Shown here: in pieces, positions 8,954-23,198 of the stretch
Position numbering within the stretch: position 1 is the stretch's first letter
Layout of the letters: every line of letters begins with the position of its first letter
Assembly: GCF_000092105.1 (NCBI RefSeq)
Contig: NC_014148.1
Location: 5,100,001-5,132,000 of the forward strand
DNA from: Planctopirus limnophila DSM 3776
GTDB lineage: Bacteria; Planctomycetota; Planctomycetia; Planctomycetales; Planctomycetaceae
DNA: 32,000 bases
Direction of reading: 5' to 3'
The notes under the pieces: generated by a model
The model's input: the letters and a program-made list of their open reading frames with translations, nothing else
Databases searched by the model: none
Told to the model about the DNA's origin: nothing
Program-made: the position numbers and the translations under genes

Positions 8954-9643
8954 ATGCAGAAGTTTCGCTTTCCTACATGGCTGGATCGTCTTCTCCCTGT
9001 CGTTGGGGGGCTCCTGGCATTCGGTGCGTTGTATGTGGGTGGAATGCTGTTTGTCGGGGCAAGTCCCTGGACCATCGATGTTGGTTACCAGCCGACTCAA
9101 CCTGTTCCCTTCAGCCATGCCTTGCATGCCGGCAAGCTGAAGATGGATTGCCGGTACTGCCATAACACGGTCGATCGCGCTGCCTTTGCTGCAGTGCCAT
9201 CAACCGCCACCTGCATCAAATGCCACCGCGGTGCTGATGAAAATGGCACGATCACCACCACAGCAGTGCGTTCGAAGAGCCCCAAACTGCTCCCCGTCCG
9301 TGAGAGCTATGCCTCGGGCAACTCAGTCTTGTGGGTGAAGATCCACGATCTGCCCGACTATGCCTACTTCAATCACAGTGCTCACGTTCGCCGAGGTGTG
9401 GCTTGTGTTTCTTGTCACGGCCGCATCGACAAAATGGAAGAAGTCCAGCAGAAAAAGCCCCTCTCGATGGCGTGGTGTCTGGAGTGTCATCGCAATCCAG
9501 AGCCAAACTTGAGGCCACCAGAACTGGTCACACAAATGGACTGGGCTCCCCCAGAAGGTCAGTCGGCCGAGGCGATTGGAGCTGAGATTAAAAAGAATCT
9601 CCACATCCAGACCAAGGAAAACTGCTCGACCTGCCACCGATAG
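8954..9643 (+). CDS. actA: Alternative Complex III subunit ActA, pentaheme cytochrome c with N-terminal TM anchor
   Basis: Five CxxCH motifs (CRYCH, CIKCH, CVSCH, CLECH, CSTCH) and an N-terminal helix [22 protein letters not shown]. The track ORF starts at 8768; the ATG at 8954 (MQKFRFPTW) gives the usual length of about 229 aa. Confidence 0.9.
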   Translation: MQKFRFPTWLDRLLPVVGGLLAFGALYVGGMLFVGASPWTIDVGYQPTQPVPFSHALHAGKLKMDCRYCHNTVDRAAFAAVPSTATCIKCHRGADENGTITTTAVRSKSPKLLPVRESYASGNSVLWVKIHDLPDYAYFNHSAHVRRGVACVSCHGRIDKMEEVQQKKPLSMAWCLECHRNPEPNLRPPELVTQMDWAPPEGQSAEAIGAEIKKNLHIQTKENCSTCHR

Positions 9644-9844
9644 TCCTGACAATTTTGACCTTTGACTCTGACTGTTTCTTGATTTGTCTGTTGAAATGAT
9701 CCGTTTGCGAGGAGCCGCTGATCTGGATGAGCTGTGTTGAGCCCTGCCGACTGAAATCAGTTCGCAGCTTTCAAAAGTGATCCGACAGCAATTTTCAAAC
9801 GCCCGGTTGCCAGCCAATTGCCCGCTGAAGAGATCCATACGACC

Positions 9845-13144
<3,300 letters not shown>

Positions 13145-13272
13145 CAGCTGAAATTGAGCTGGCAGCTTCAGGATGACTGAAAGCTGTTGAATTGATAGAG
13201 CCGCTGATTTTGCACTGATTCGAACTGATACCAACACACTGACTTATTTCCCCGCACTGAGCGTGAGATACT

Positions 13273-14709
13273 ATGGCAGCAATTTCTCCCACGATGCTCG
13301 ATGTTGTTGATATCGACAACACAATCGAGACACCGGGTCGGCGTTCTGAGCTGGTGACTCGGAACAGCAGTTATGCCGAGATTACCGATTCGGTCTGCTA
13401 CGCTGCCGAGTCACCCCACCCACCGCTGGCGTGGTATGTGGCGTTTGCCATCTCGACTTCGCTGACGATGATGCTGGGGCTGATGGTGACTTACCTCCTC
13501 TTCACCGGTATTGGTGTGTGGGGTAACAACTCGCCTGTCTTCTGGGCGTGGGATATTGTCAACTTCGTGTTCTGGGTCGGTATTGGGCACGCTGGAACGC
13601 TGATTTCAGCCATTCTGTTCCTCTTCCGGCAGAACTGGCGTACGAGTATCAACCGTGCTGCCGAAGCGATGACGATCTTTGCTGTGGTGTGTGCCGGGAT
13701 GTTCCCGACGATTCACGTCGGGCGTATCTGGGTGATTTACTACCTCATCCCTTATGGCCCGAACCAGCATGCGATCTGGCCGCAATTCCGCAGTCCACTT
13801 CTGTGGGACGTCTTCGCGGTTTCGACTTATGCCACCGTTTCGCTGCTCTTCTGGTACATGGGGATGATCCCCGATCTTGCCACTTTCCGGGATCGAGCCA
13901 CAACCCGCTGGAAGTACAATCTTTACGGCCTGCTGTCACTCGGCTGGACAGGTTCTGCCCGCCACTGGCATCGCTATGAGCGGGCTTATCTGCTCCTGGC
14001 CGCTCTGGCCACGCCGCTGGTGCTCTCTGTGCATACGGTGGTGTCATTCGACTTCGCGACCTCACAAATTCCCGGCTGGCACACCACGATCTTCCCCCCC
14101 TACTTCGTCGCAGGTGCAATCTTCGGCGGTTTCGGGATGGTGGTCACATTGCTGGTTCCCGCCCGCGCACTCTTCGGCCTGGAACACCTGATTACTCTCC
14201 GTCACATGGAGAACATGAACAAGGTGATCCTCGCGACGGGCACCATCGTGGGTTATGCCTATGCGATGGAATTCTTCATTGCCTGGTACGGCGGTAACCC
14301 TTACGAACAGTTTGCCTTCACCAACCGTATGTTCGGCCCCTATGCCTGGGCCTATTGGACGATGATTGCCTGTAACGTGATCAGCCCGCAGGTCTTCTGG
14401 TTTAAGAAGTGTCGAACATCACCGCTGGTCATGTGGATCGTTTCGATCTTCGTGAACATCGGGATGTGGTTCGAACGCTTTGTGATTGTGGTGATCTCGT
14501 TGAGCCGTGATTACCTCCCTTCCAGCTGGGGTTACTACAGCCCGACCTGGGTCGATATTCTCACGTTGATTGGCAGTTTCGGGCTGTTCACCACATTGTT
14601 CCTGCTCTTCTGCCGGTTCCTGCCCATCGTGGCCATGGCCGAAGTGAAGGGTGTGGTGCATCAGCACAATCATGCCGTAGGTCATCACGAGCACGATGCG
14701 GCTCACTGA
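13273..14709 (+). CDS. actC: ACIII subunit ActC (NrfD/PsrC-like polytopic quinol-interacting membrane subunit)
   Basis: 478 aa and highly hydrophobic, with about 10 predicted helices. It follows actB, as in known act operons. Motifs [24 protein letters not shown] and FERFVIVV are typical of the NrfD family. Confidence 0.92.
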   Translation: MAAISPTMLDVVDIDNTIETPGRRSELVTRNSSYAEITDSVCYAAESPHPPLAWYVAFAISTSLTMMLGLMVTYLLFTGIGVWGNNSPVFWAWDIVNFVFWVGIGHAGTLISAILFLFRQNWRTSINRAAEAMTIFAVVCAGMFPTIHVGRIWVIYYLIPYGPNQHAIWPQFRSPLLWDVFAVSTYATVSLLFWYMGMIPDLATFRDRATTRWKYNLYGLLSLGWTGSARHWHRYERAYLLLAALATPLVLSVHTVVSFDFATSQIPGWHTTIFPPYFVAGAIFGGFGMVVTLLVPARALFGLEHLITLRHMENMNKVILATGTIVGYAYAMEFFIAWYGGNPYEQFAFTNRMFGPYAWAYWTMIACNVISPQVFWFKKCRTSPLVMWIVSIFVNIGMWFERFVIVVISLSRDYLPSSWGYYSPTWVDILTLIGSFGLFTTLFLLFCRFLPIVAMAEVKGVVHQHNHAVGHHEHDAAH

Positions 14710-14832
14710 TGAACGTGTCTCAGTCGATTTGAGTTTTATGGTTTCTTCCAGTGCTGGTTAAGAGCGAAGTTGGAACGGTTCTTCCGGATCGAACCAAACG
14801 GAATCTCCTCGAAATTTGAAGTAAAGCAGGCT

Positions 14833-16266
14833 ATGGCCGACCATTCACACTCTGAAACAAACCCAGTGACATCTACTCCCCATGACGAAGCTTCTCCCGG
14901 TACGGGTGAAGCAGCGGTTCGGGGTGTGGCACCGGCGGCTGATCCCAAACAACCCGTCGCCTATGTCCTGGCCGAATATTCGACACCAGAAGCACTGGTG
15001 AAAGCTGCCCGTCAGGTCTATCAGCAGGGCTACACGAAGTTCGATGCCCACTCGCCCTTCCCGATTCACGGGATCGACGACGCCATGGGGATCAAGTTCA
15101 CTCGCCTGCCCTGGTTTACCTTCGTTGCCGGTGGCCTGGGGATTATCACCGCCACCCTGCTGATCTATTACACGAACAAAGAGTGGTACCCTTACCTGAT
15201 CAGCGGTAAGCCGCTCTTTTCGATTCCGTCTGCTGCACCTGTGATGTTCGAATTGATGGTGCTCTTTGCAGCCATCACGACATTGCTCGGCATGCTGGCA
15301 CTCAATCGCCTCCCGCTTTTCACTCATCCGCTGTTTCAGAGCACTCGCTTCCAGCGTGTGACCAACGATAAGTTCTTCCTCAGCATTGACGCTCGCGATC
15401 CGAAGTACAAAAGCGAAAAGACGATTCAACTGCTGACTGGCCTGGGTGCTGAATACGTCGAGACTTGCCATAAAGAAGCTTCCGCCCCACTGCCGTGGGC
15501 ATTCCGTACAGCCGTCTTTCTGGGCCTGCTGCTCGCCATGGTCCCTGTTTCGATGGTCGCCTGGAAGCGTTCGACCTATTCGCGTGAACCACGCATTCGT
15601 GTGATCTTCGATATGGTTTCGCAGCCCAAGAAGAAAACACAGACCACCTCGACATTGTGGCAGGATGGTCGGGCCATGCGTCCGTGGGTGGAAGGAACCA
15701 TCGCTAAAGGTGAGCTGAAGGCTGATGATGCTTTCTACCGCGGCTTGAAACCAGGCGGTCTCAATGCAGTGGCGGCCACGACCGTCTCGATGACCAATCT
15801 GGTTGCCAATCAGGACGGTGCTGCAGCAGCAGCCACACCAGGCGCTCCCGCGACACCTCCTGATCCTCTCGACAAGTTGCCCTGGATTGAGAACTTCCCT
15901 CTGGAAGTCACACCCGAGCTGATGAAACGTGGTCAGGAGCGTTACAACATTTACTGCGCGACATGTCACGGCCTGGGTGGCGTAGGTAATGGACTGGTCA
16001 CAATCCGCGCGATTGAACTGGCCGAAGGGACCTGGGTTCCGCCCGTCACCTTCCATTCCGAAGGTTTACGTAAACAACCCATCGGGCGCATGTTCCACTC
16101 GATCAGCAACGGTGTCCGCAAGATGCCTGGCTATGGTGATCAAATTCCGGAACGTGACCGCTGGGCGATCCTGCTGTATGTCCGGGCGCTGCAGAAGAGT
16201 AAATATGCTCCTCTGTCCGATGTTCCACCAGAAAAGGTGAATCAACTGACAGACGTCGCTCCCTGA
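14833..16266 (+). CDS. actDE: Fused ACIII subunits ActD (DUF3341, 2 TM) and ActE (monoheme cytochrome c)
   Basis: The N-terminal half YVLAEYSTPEALVKAARQVYQQGYTKFDAHSPFPIHGIDDAMG plus two TM helices is ActD. A third TM helix (FRTAVFLGLLLAMVPVSMVAW) and a linker follow. The C-terminal CATCH (nt 15955-15969), MPGYG and WAILLYVRAL make a class-I cytochrome c, i.e. ActE. The ATG at 14833 is preferred over the track TTG at 14770. Confidence 0.88.
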   Translation: MADHSHSETNPVTSTPHDEASPGTGEAAVRGVAPAADPKQPVAYVLAEYSTPEALVKAARQVYQQGYTKFDAHSPFPIHGIDDAMGIKFTRLPWFTFVAGGLGIITATLLIYYTNKEWYPYLISGKPLFSIPSAAPVMFELMVLFAAITTLLGMLALNRLPLFTHPLFQSTRFQRVTNDKFFLSIDARDPKYKSEKTIQLLTGLGAEYVETCHKEASAPLPWAFRTAVFLGLLLAMVPVSMVAWKRSTYSREPRIRVIFDMVSQPKKKTQTTSTLWQDGRAMRPWVEGTIAKGELKADDAFYRGLKPGGLNAVAATTVSMTNLVANQDGAAAAATPGAPATPPDPLDKLPWIENFPLEVTPELMKRGQERYNIYCATCHGLGGVGNGLVTIRAIELAEGTWVPPVTFHSEGLRKQPIGRMFHSISNGVRKMPGYGDQIPERDRWAILLYVRALQKSKYAPLSDVPPEKVNQLTDVAP

Positions 16267-16390
16267 TCCACAGGGGTCTCTTAAGAATGTTGCTCCATCA
16301 ACGATTGAATCGCTGACAAACGCCAAATCCGAACACATTGGCCAAGTCGAATAAACAGTCCATCGATCTCGAACGCGTACGGTGAATGGC

Positions 16391-17644
<1,254 letters not shown>

Positions 17645-17826
17645 GAAGTGATCCGTCAGTGTTGGGGATGCCGTGACAGATATGAGGCGATAGGTTTGTT
17701 CAGTGAGTTTCTAAAGTTCTGGAATTTGCTCGGGAAATGAGAGTCTCGCCAGTCGGGCGAAAGCAAATCGATACAATTCAATGACAACCTGAGTCGATCA
17801 GGTCGTTTCAAGGAATCGCAGGCACC

Positions 17827-18147
17827 ATGGCCAAGTATGACGATTTGAATGTGAAGGACATTGCCGTCGCGGGTGTCGCCTCGGTAATCATCGTCTTTGT
17901 CTGCATTGTGGGGGCTCAAGCCCTCTTCTTCGATTACCGCAATCGCGAAGATGTGAAAAAGATCATCGACTCCCGCAATGCCACTTACGACTCGATCATT
18001 GTGGAGCAGAAGACCAGACTCCAAGAGTATGGCTGGATTGATAAAGAGAAGCAGATTGTCGCGATTCCTATTGAGGAAGCGATGCAGATCGTCGTGAAAG
18101 AACAAGCAGCCAAAAACGTAAAGGCGGAAACAGCGGATGTTCGGTAA
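17827..18147 (+). CDS. Small single-pass membrane protein of unknown function within the ACIII/oxidase cluster
   Basis: 106 aa. One TM helix (IAVAGVASVIIVFVCIVGAQALFF) is followed by a charged soluble domain of about 65 aa. It is co-oriented between actF and the SCO gene. No recognisable motif. Confidence 0.55.
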   Translation: MAKYDDLNVKDIAVAGVASVIIVFVCIVGAQALFFDYRNREDVKKIIDSRNATYDSIIVEQKTRLQEYGWIDKEKQIVAIPIEEAMQIVVKEQAAKNVKAETADVR

Positions 18148-18247
18148 CTGTCACAAGTCAGCACAGCGTTCTCGACCGACTGTAAGGCCACTGGCTTTAC
18201 CCGTTGCTCGGCGCTTTGTGTCTGCCTTCGCGACATGTGGGTCTGTC

Positions 18248-19171
18248 ATGTCCCGCAACGATTGTTCAGTCATCTGTTTCACAATGGCCCTCGTGACATT
18301 GTCGTTGATCTATTCCCAGAGCGTCTCAGCCAGAGATGTCGTCTCTGGTGGTCTGGCAACTGGCGGCGAGGTGCGTTCGGTTCTGAATGATCGTCAGCCG
18401 AAAGCCCTGGATGATGTCGGTGTGGATGAACATCTGGGTGACCAGATTCCACTCGACCTCAACTTTCTGGCCTCCAATGGCGACATGTTGAAGCTGAAGG
18501 AAATCTTTCGCGGCGACCGCCCGGTGATTCTTTCGCTGAACTACAGCGGTTGCCCCATGCTCTGCAACCTGCAACTGACCGGGCTGATGAAAGGTCTTTC
18601 GAAAGTTGACTGGGAGATCGGCAATCAGTTTCGCGTGGTTTCCATCAGTATCGATCCCCGAGAATCACCCGAGAAAGCGGCCGAGACCCGGCAAAAGTAT
18701 CTGCAGGAATATGGCCGTCCCGCAGGCGTTGATGGTCTCTTCTTTCTGACAGGGAATCAGAACGCGATCGATCGCATCACGCGCTCGATCGGTTTCAAGT
18801 ACCATTATGTTCCCGACCGCAAAGAGTATGCACATACGGCTGTCGCTGTCCTGTGCAGCCCCGAAGGTCGAATTGTTCGATATCTGTACGGAATCGAACA
18901 GGATCCCCGAACCCTTAAGCTCTCACTGGTCGAAGCCTCTGAAGGTAAAGTGGGGGCACCTTTCGAGCGGATTCTCCTGTACTGTTTTCACTACGATGCC
19001 AAAGCAGGGCGATATGGGCCTGCAGCCATGAATATGATGAAGTTGGGTGGGTTGTTCATGACCGCTGTGCTGGCCATCTGGCTGACATGGCACTGGCGAC
19101 ATTCCAAACCAAGTTCACCAACAGGCAGTGCCAATCCCGCTGCCGCATCAGCGACGACTGGCCTGTTGTGA
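18248..19171 (+). CDS. SCO1/SenC-family copper chaperone (thioredoxin fold) with a C-terminal TM anchor
   Basis: CxxxC motif CPMLC (nt 18551-18565), conserved downstream His (YAHTAVAVL), and N-terminal signal-like MSRNDCSVICFTMALVTLSLIYSQSVSA. The C-terminus carries CFHYDAKAGRYG followed by the hydrophobic LGGLFMTAVLAIWLTW. The track start at 18137 overlaps the previous ORF, so the ATG at 18248 is preferred. Confidence 0.85.
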   Translation: MSRNDCSVICFTMALVTLSLIYSQSVSARDVVSGGLATGGEVRSVLNDRQPKALDDVGVDEHLGDQIPLDLNFLASNGDMLKLKEIFRGDRPVILSLNYSGCPMLCNLQLTGLMKGLSKVDWEIGNQFRVVSISIDPRESPEKAAETRQKYLQEYGRPAGVDGLFFLTGNQNAIDRITRSIGFKYHYVPDRKEYAHTAVAVLCSPEGRIVRYLYGIEQDPRTLKLSLVEASEGKVGAPFERILLYCFHYDAKAGRYGPAAMNMMKLGGLFMTAVLAIWLTWHWRHSKPSSPTGSANPAAASATTGLL

Positions 19172-19330
19172 TATCCGGAAAGCGTTTACGTAATTATTGT
19201 GATTCTTCTTGTCGTACGAAGTTGGTTTTCAAATTGAGTCTATGGTTGGCGGCTGCGGTTGATTGAGAAGCAATTCATCTTGAATCAGTGACCGATTCAG
19301 GGTGTCATTGGATGCTGTGGAGTGTGGGTT

Positions 19331-20323
19331 ATGTGGTTGTCGAAGTTCGCTGTTTCTTTCGTGCCGGCACAACTGACCAGCAGCTACTGGCTGCCTGAGC
19401 CGAACTCGACCTTTGCACCAGAGGTTGATGGCCTCTTTATGTTCATCTTCTGGCTCAGTGTCTTCTTCTTCGTGCTGATCGTGGGCCTGGGTACTTACTT
19501 CGCACTCAAGTACCGCCGGGTGGGAACGACGGAAGTGGTCGTGCCTTCGTCCAGCCATAACACAGCCCTGGAAGCGACGTGGTCACTCATTCCCACTGCT
19601 CTCATTTTCGTTATTTTCGGGTGGGGCTTTGTGGGCTTCGTTGATATGCGGACTCCTCCGGAAAATGCTTACGAAGTGCAGGTCAATGCGAAAAAGTGGG
19701 CGTGGAACTTCACCTACCCTGGTGGATTGCAGGATTCAGATCTGCATCTTCCCGTCGATCAGCCGACAATCCTGACGATGACCTCAGATGATGTGATTCA
19801 CAGCCTCTTTATTCCCGCTTTCCGCGCCAAGATGGATGTGGTCCCAGGTCGATACAACAAGCTCTGGTTCCATCCGACCAAGACTGGTGAGAATGTCCTC
19901 TTCTGCACCGAGTATTGTGGCAGAGAACATTCGGGCATGAATCGCAAGGTCTTTGTTTACGAAGAAGGTGGCGTCGAAAAGAAGCTGGCCGAAATTCAGG
20001 AAACCATGGATAAAATGGACCCGGCCGAATTGGGCAAAATCACTTTCACGAAATCGGGTTGTATGCAGTGTCACTCAATTGACGGCAGCAAAAAGGTTGG
20101 CCCCAGTTTCCTGGGTTTGTTCGGCACAACACACGACATTACGACCGGTGAAAAGATCACCGTCGATGAGAATTACATTCGAGAATCGATTCTCGAACCC
20201 ATGGCCAAGATTGCTGCTGGCTACAATCCCCAGATGCCTTCTTACAAAGGCCAGTTGCGTGAGAAGCAGATCGAGGGTTTGATTGCCTACATCAAGTCGC
20301 TCAAGAACAGCAGTTCCAAATAA
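19331..20323 (+). CDS. ctaC: Cytochrome c oxidase subunit II with fused C-terminal cytochrome c domain (caa3 type)
   Basis: Two N-terminal TM helices. CuA motif HSLFIPAF...FCTEYCGREHSGM. C-terminal heme c site CMQCH plus PQMPSY. The start is ambiguous between GTG 19322 and ATG 19331. Confidence 0.93.
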   Translation: MWLSKFAVSFVPAQLTSSYWLPEPNSTFAPEVDGLFMFIFWLSVFFFVLIVGLGTYFALKYRRVGTTEVVVPSSSHNTALEATWSLIPTALIFVIFGWGFVGFVDMRTPPENAYEVQVNAKKWAWNFTYPGGLQDSDLHLPVDQPTILTMTSDDVIHSLFIPAFRAKMDVVPGRYNKLWFHPTKTGENVLFCTEYCGREHSGMNRKVFVYEEGGVEKKLAEIQETMDKMDPAELGKITFTKSGCMQCHSIDGSKKVGPSFLGLFGTTHDITTGEKITVDENYIRESILEPMAKIAAGYNPQMPSYKGQLREKQIEGLIAYIKSLKNSSSK

Positions 20324-20384
20324 TCGTTCGTCGTTTTTATCGCAGATAACACCGCCAAATACATAATCAAAGTCTGAGTCAGTC

Positions 20385-20390
20385 AGGAGG
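20385..20390 (+). promoter_or_regulatory. Shine-Dalgarno sequence AGGAGG for ctaD
   Basis: AGGAGG lies 6 nt upstream of the GTG start at 20397. Confidence 0.6.
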
Positions 20391-20396
20391 GCATTC

Positions 20397-22091
20397 GTGG
20401 CCACCATAGTTGAGAATCCAAGTTTGACCGGCGGCAGCCCCGGTGCTGAGCCCGTGGTCGATAACTATCTGACCTTTACCAGAGGCTGGAAGAGCTGGGC
20501 CTTCACTCTCGACCATAAACGCATTGGCGTGATGTACCTGTGCGCCACGCTCGGTGCGTTTTTCGTCGGCGGGGTCATGGCTTTGCTCCTGCGATCCGAG
20601 CTGTTCTTTCCCGGGAAGCAGTTCCTCAGCCCAGACATGTATAACCACATGTTCACGCTGCACGGCGCTGTGATGACCTTCCTCTTCATCATCCCGGGCA
20701 TTCCCGCGGCTCAAGGCAACTTTGTCCTCCCCATCATGCTCGGTGCCAAAGATGTCGCCTTCCCGCGGATGAACCTGGGCAGCTTCTATCTCTGGGTCTT
20801 CGGGGCCATTTACCTTGTGGCGGCCATCATTTTCGGCGGACTCGACACCGGGTGGACGTTCTACACCCCCTACAGCACAACGACAAACACCAGTGTGATT
20901 CTCGCTACCACAGGTGTTTTCATTCTGGGCTTCAGCTCGATCTTCACCGGACTGAACTTCATCGTCACCATCCACACGATGCGTCCGCCGGGCATGACCT
21001 GGTTCCGCATGCCGCTCTTCCTCTGGGCCACTTACGCCACCGCGATTATCCAGGTGCTGGCGACGCCAGTGCTGGGAATCACGCTGCTATTGCTGATTGC
21101 TGAACGTGCTGTCGGCATCGGAATTTTCCAGCCAGAATTGGGTGGTGATCCCGTGCTCTTCCAGCACTTTTTCTGGTTCTACTCGCATCCGGCCGTGTAC
21201 ATCATGATTCTGCCGGCCATGGGTGTGATCAGCGAATTGATCTCAACCTTCAGCCGCAAGCACATTTTCGGCTATCGTTTCATCGCCTACAGCTCGATCG
21301 CCATTGCTCTCTTGGGCTTCCTGGTGTGGGGACACCACATGTTTACCAGCGGTCAGTCCGCAGTTTCCGCGACCATGTTCAGCTTCCTGACGTTTAGTGT
21401 GTCAATCCCATCGGCCATCAAGGTTTTTAACTGGCTGGCCACGATGTACAAGGGGTCGATCAGCTTTGCGACGCCAATGGTCTACGCTCTGTCGTTTATC
21501 TTCCTCTTCAGTATCGGCGGCCTTACCGGGTTGTTCCTGGGTGCACTTTCGGTCGATATTCACCTGCACGATACCTACTTCGTCGTGGCCCACTTCCACT
21601 ATGTGATGATGGGGGGCACGTTGATTGCCTTCCTCGGTGGGCTGACTTACTGGTGGCCGAAGATGACAGGCCGGATGTACGATGAATTCAGCAGCCAGAT
21701 GGCCGCCATTGGTGTCTTCATCGGGTTCAATCTCACGTTCTTCCCACAGTTCGTGATGGGTGCCCGTGGGATGCCTCGCCGCTATGCCGATTATCTGCCG
21801 GAGTATGAGTTCTACCATCAGCTTTCGACGATCGGTGCTTTTGTGCTGGGTGTCGCACTGGTGGCTGCTGTCGGCATTCTCGTGAGATCATTGTGGACTG
21901 GCCCCAAGGCTCCTGCCAATCCCTGGGGTTCTGCCACTCTGGAATGGCAGTGTTCTTCGCCACCTCCTCATGATAACTTTGCAACGACCCCAGAAGTGGG
22001 TGATCCTTATGCCGTCGAATCTGTGAAGTGGAGTGACAGCGAGCGTGGGTATGTGAAAAACCCCAGCTACGTGCCATCGAAAGATCATTAG
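20397..22091 (+). CDS. ctaD: Cytochrome c oxidase subunit I (heme-copper oxidase catalytic subunit)
   Basis: 564 aa. Canonical motifs: [42 protein letters not shown] start preceded by AGGAGG. Confidence 0.97.
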   Translation: MATIVENPSLTGGSPGAEPVVDNYLTFTRGWKSWAFTLDHKRIGVMYLCATLGAFFVGGVMALLLRSELFFPGKQFLSPDMYNHMFTLHGAVMTFLFIIPGIPAAQGNFVLPIMLGAKDVAFPRMNLGSFYLWVFGAIYLVAAIIFGGLDTGWTFYTPYSTTTNTSVILATTGVFILGFSSIFTGLNFIVTIHTMRPPGMTWFRMPLFLWATYATAIIQVLATPVLGITLLLLIAERAVGIGIFQPELGGDPVLFQHFFWFYSHPAVYIMILPAMGVISELISTFSRKHIFGYRFIAYSSIAIALLGFLVWGHHMFTSGQSAVSATMFSFLTFSVSIPSAIKVFNWLATMYKGSISFATPMVYALSFIFLFSIGGLTGLFLGALSVDIHLHDTYFVVAHFHYVMMGGTLIAFLGGLTYWWPKMTGRMYDEFSSQMAAIGVFIGFNLTFFPQFVMGARGMPRRYADYLPEYEFYHQLSTIGAFVLGVALVAAVGILVRSLWTGPKAPANPWGSATLEWQCSSPPPHDNFATTPEVGDPYAVESVKWSDSERGYVKNPSYVPSKDH

Positions 22092-22097
22092 TCGTTT

Positions 22098-22128
22098 GAT
22101 CTGCGAGTAGTTCTGTTGCTCGCAGATT
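22098..22128 (+). other. Stem-loop in the ctaD-ctaE spacer (9-10 bp stem, 11-nt loop, no T-tract)
   Basis: ATCTGCGAG (22099-22107) is the exact reverse complement of CTCGCAGAT (22119-22127). A flanking G98/T128 could add a wobble pair. Confidence 0.4.
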
Positions 22129-22187
22129 GACGGTCACTCTGCAATGAATCTGAAGTTTGCCTTTGTGTGCCCGGGAGAGATGAATTC

Positions 22188-23105
22188 ATGTCGACAGCAG
22201 ACGTTGTGTCCCCTGTAACAGCACCGGGAGAGCATCACGCTCACTCTGGTGACGGGCATGATCATGGACATGGTCATCAACCACACCTGGCTCACCACTT
22301 CGAGTCCTACGAGCAGCAGTTCGATGCTGGTAAGCTTGGAATCTGGTTATTCCTGGTGACCGAAGTCCTGTTTTTCAGCGGTCTCTTCTGTGCTTATGTC
22401 GTCTTCCGAGTGCTCTATCCTGAGCTCTTCGCATTCGGCCACCTGTTCCTGAATAAGGAACTGGGAGCCATCAACACTGTCGTGCTCCTGGTCAGCAGTC
22501 TGACCATGGCTCTGGCAGTACGGGCCGCTCAGTTAGGACAGCGTCAGGTTCTGATTTCGATGCTCGTTGTGACGATTGCCTGTGCTTTTGTCTTCATGGG
22601 GATCAAGTATGTGGAGTACACCACCAAGTTCCGCGAAGGTCTATTTCCTGCCCGGTACTTTGCCCCGACCCCGGAAGCCCTCCTGCATGCGGCTCACATG
22701 ATTCACGATGCTCAGTCTCACGGTGCTGCGGGACATGCGGCCGGAGATGGTGCTCATGATGAACATGCAGCTGACACATCGCACGGCCATGACGCTAAGG
22801 CCGGTGATCACTCGCACGAAGAGGTCAACAAAAACGGTTTGACAGCTGCTGAACAGGCGATGGTCGATTCTGTGAAGGTGCCGCCCAATGCAGGTCTCTT
22901 TTTCAGCATTTACTATTGCCTCACCGGTCTGCACGGGATTCACATTATCGCGGGGATTGCAGCCATTTCCTGGATTCTCGTGCGTTCGATCAAAGGGCAT
23001 TTCACCCCGTTATATTTCGGGCCGGTGGAATACGTGGGACTTTACTGGCACTTGGTCGACTTGATCTGGATCTACCTGTTCCCACTCCTTTACCTGATTC
23101 ACTAA
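22188..23105 (+). CDS. ctaE: Cytochrome c oxidase subunit III (5-TM form) with a His-rich N-terminus and a large His/Asp/Ala-rich loop insertion
   Basis: AHHFESYEQQFDAGKLGIWLFLVTEVLFF and the C-terminal YWHLVDLIWIYLF are subunit III signatures. ATG at 22188 (track GTG at 22167). Confidence 0.9.
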   Translation: MSTADVVSPVTAPGEHHAHSGDGHDHGHGHQPHLAHHFESYEQQFDAGKLGIWLFLVTEVLFFSGLFCAYVVFRVLYPELFAFGHLFLNKELGAINTVVLLVSSLTMALAVRAAQLGQRQVLISMLVVTIACAFVFMGIKYVEYTTKFREGLFPARYFAPTPEALLHAAHMIHDAQSHGAAGHAAGDGAHDEHAADTSHGHDAKAGDHSHEEVNKNGLTAAEQAMVDSVKVPPNAGLFFSIYYCLTGLHGIHIIAGIAAISWILVRSIKGHFTPLYFGPVEYVGLYWHLVDLIWIYLFPLLYLIH

Positions 23106-23198
23106 TCACAGGTTTGCTTCTGTAATGGGCGGTTGATCAAGACTTGATCGCTCGAAGATATTGAAGTTTCTACGTCGGTTCTCCTGGAAGGTTTTGTG

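Noticed and set aside
14845-16056. 403-aa minus-strand ORF antisense to actDE. Similar long antisense ORFs lie at 11255..12172, 12182..13237, 20379..20975, 21402..21818 and 27706..28527.
   Set aside because: All lie fully inside confidently identified, motif-rich sense genes. Their translations are Arg/Gly/Cys/His-rich or otherwise non-protein-like. The 12182..13237 ORF's hydrophobic V/M/I run is simply the complement of the His-codon tract. They are typical shadow ORFs of codon-biased genes.
23135-23149. Perfect 7-1-7 palindrome GATCAAG-A-CTTGATC in the ctaE-ctaF spacer; a possible operator.
   Set aside because: It cannot form a hairpin (1-nt loop). My rough estimate is that one such palindrome is expected by chance across the roughly 3 kb of non-coding sequence when several spacings are allowed. 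Its position inside an operon makes a repressor site less likely.
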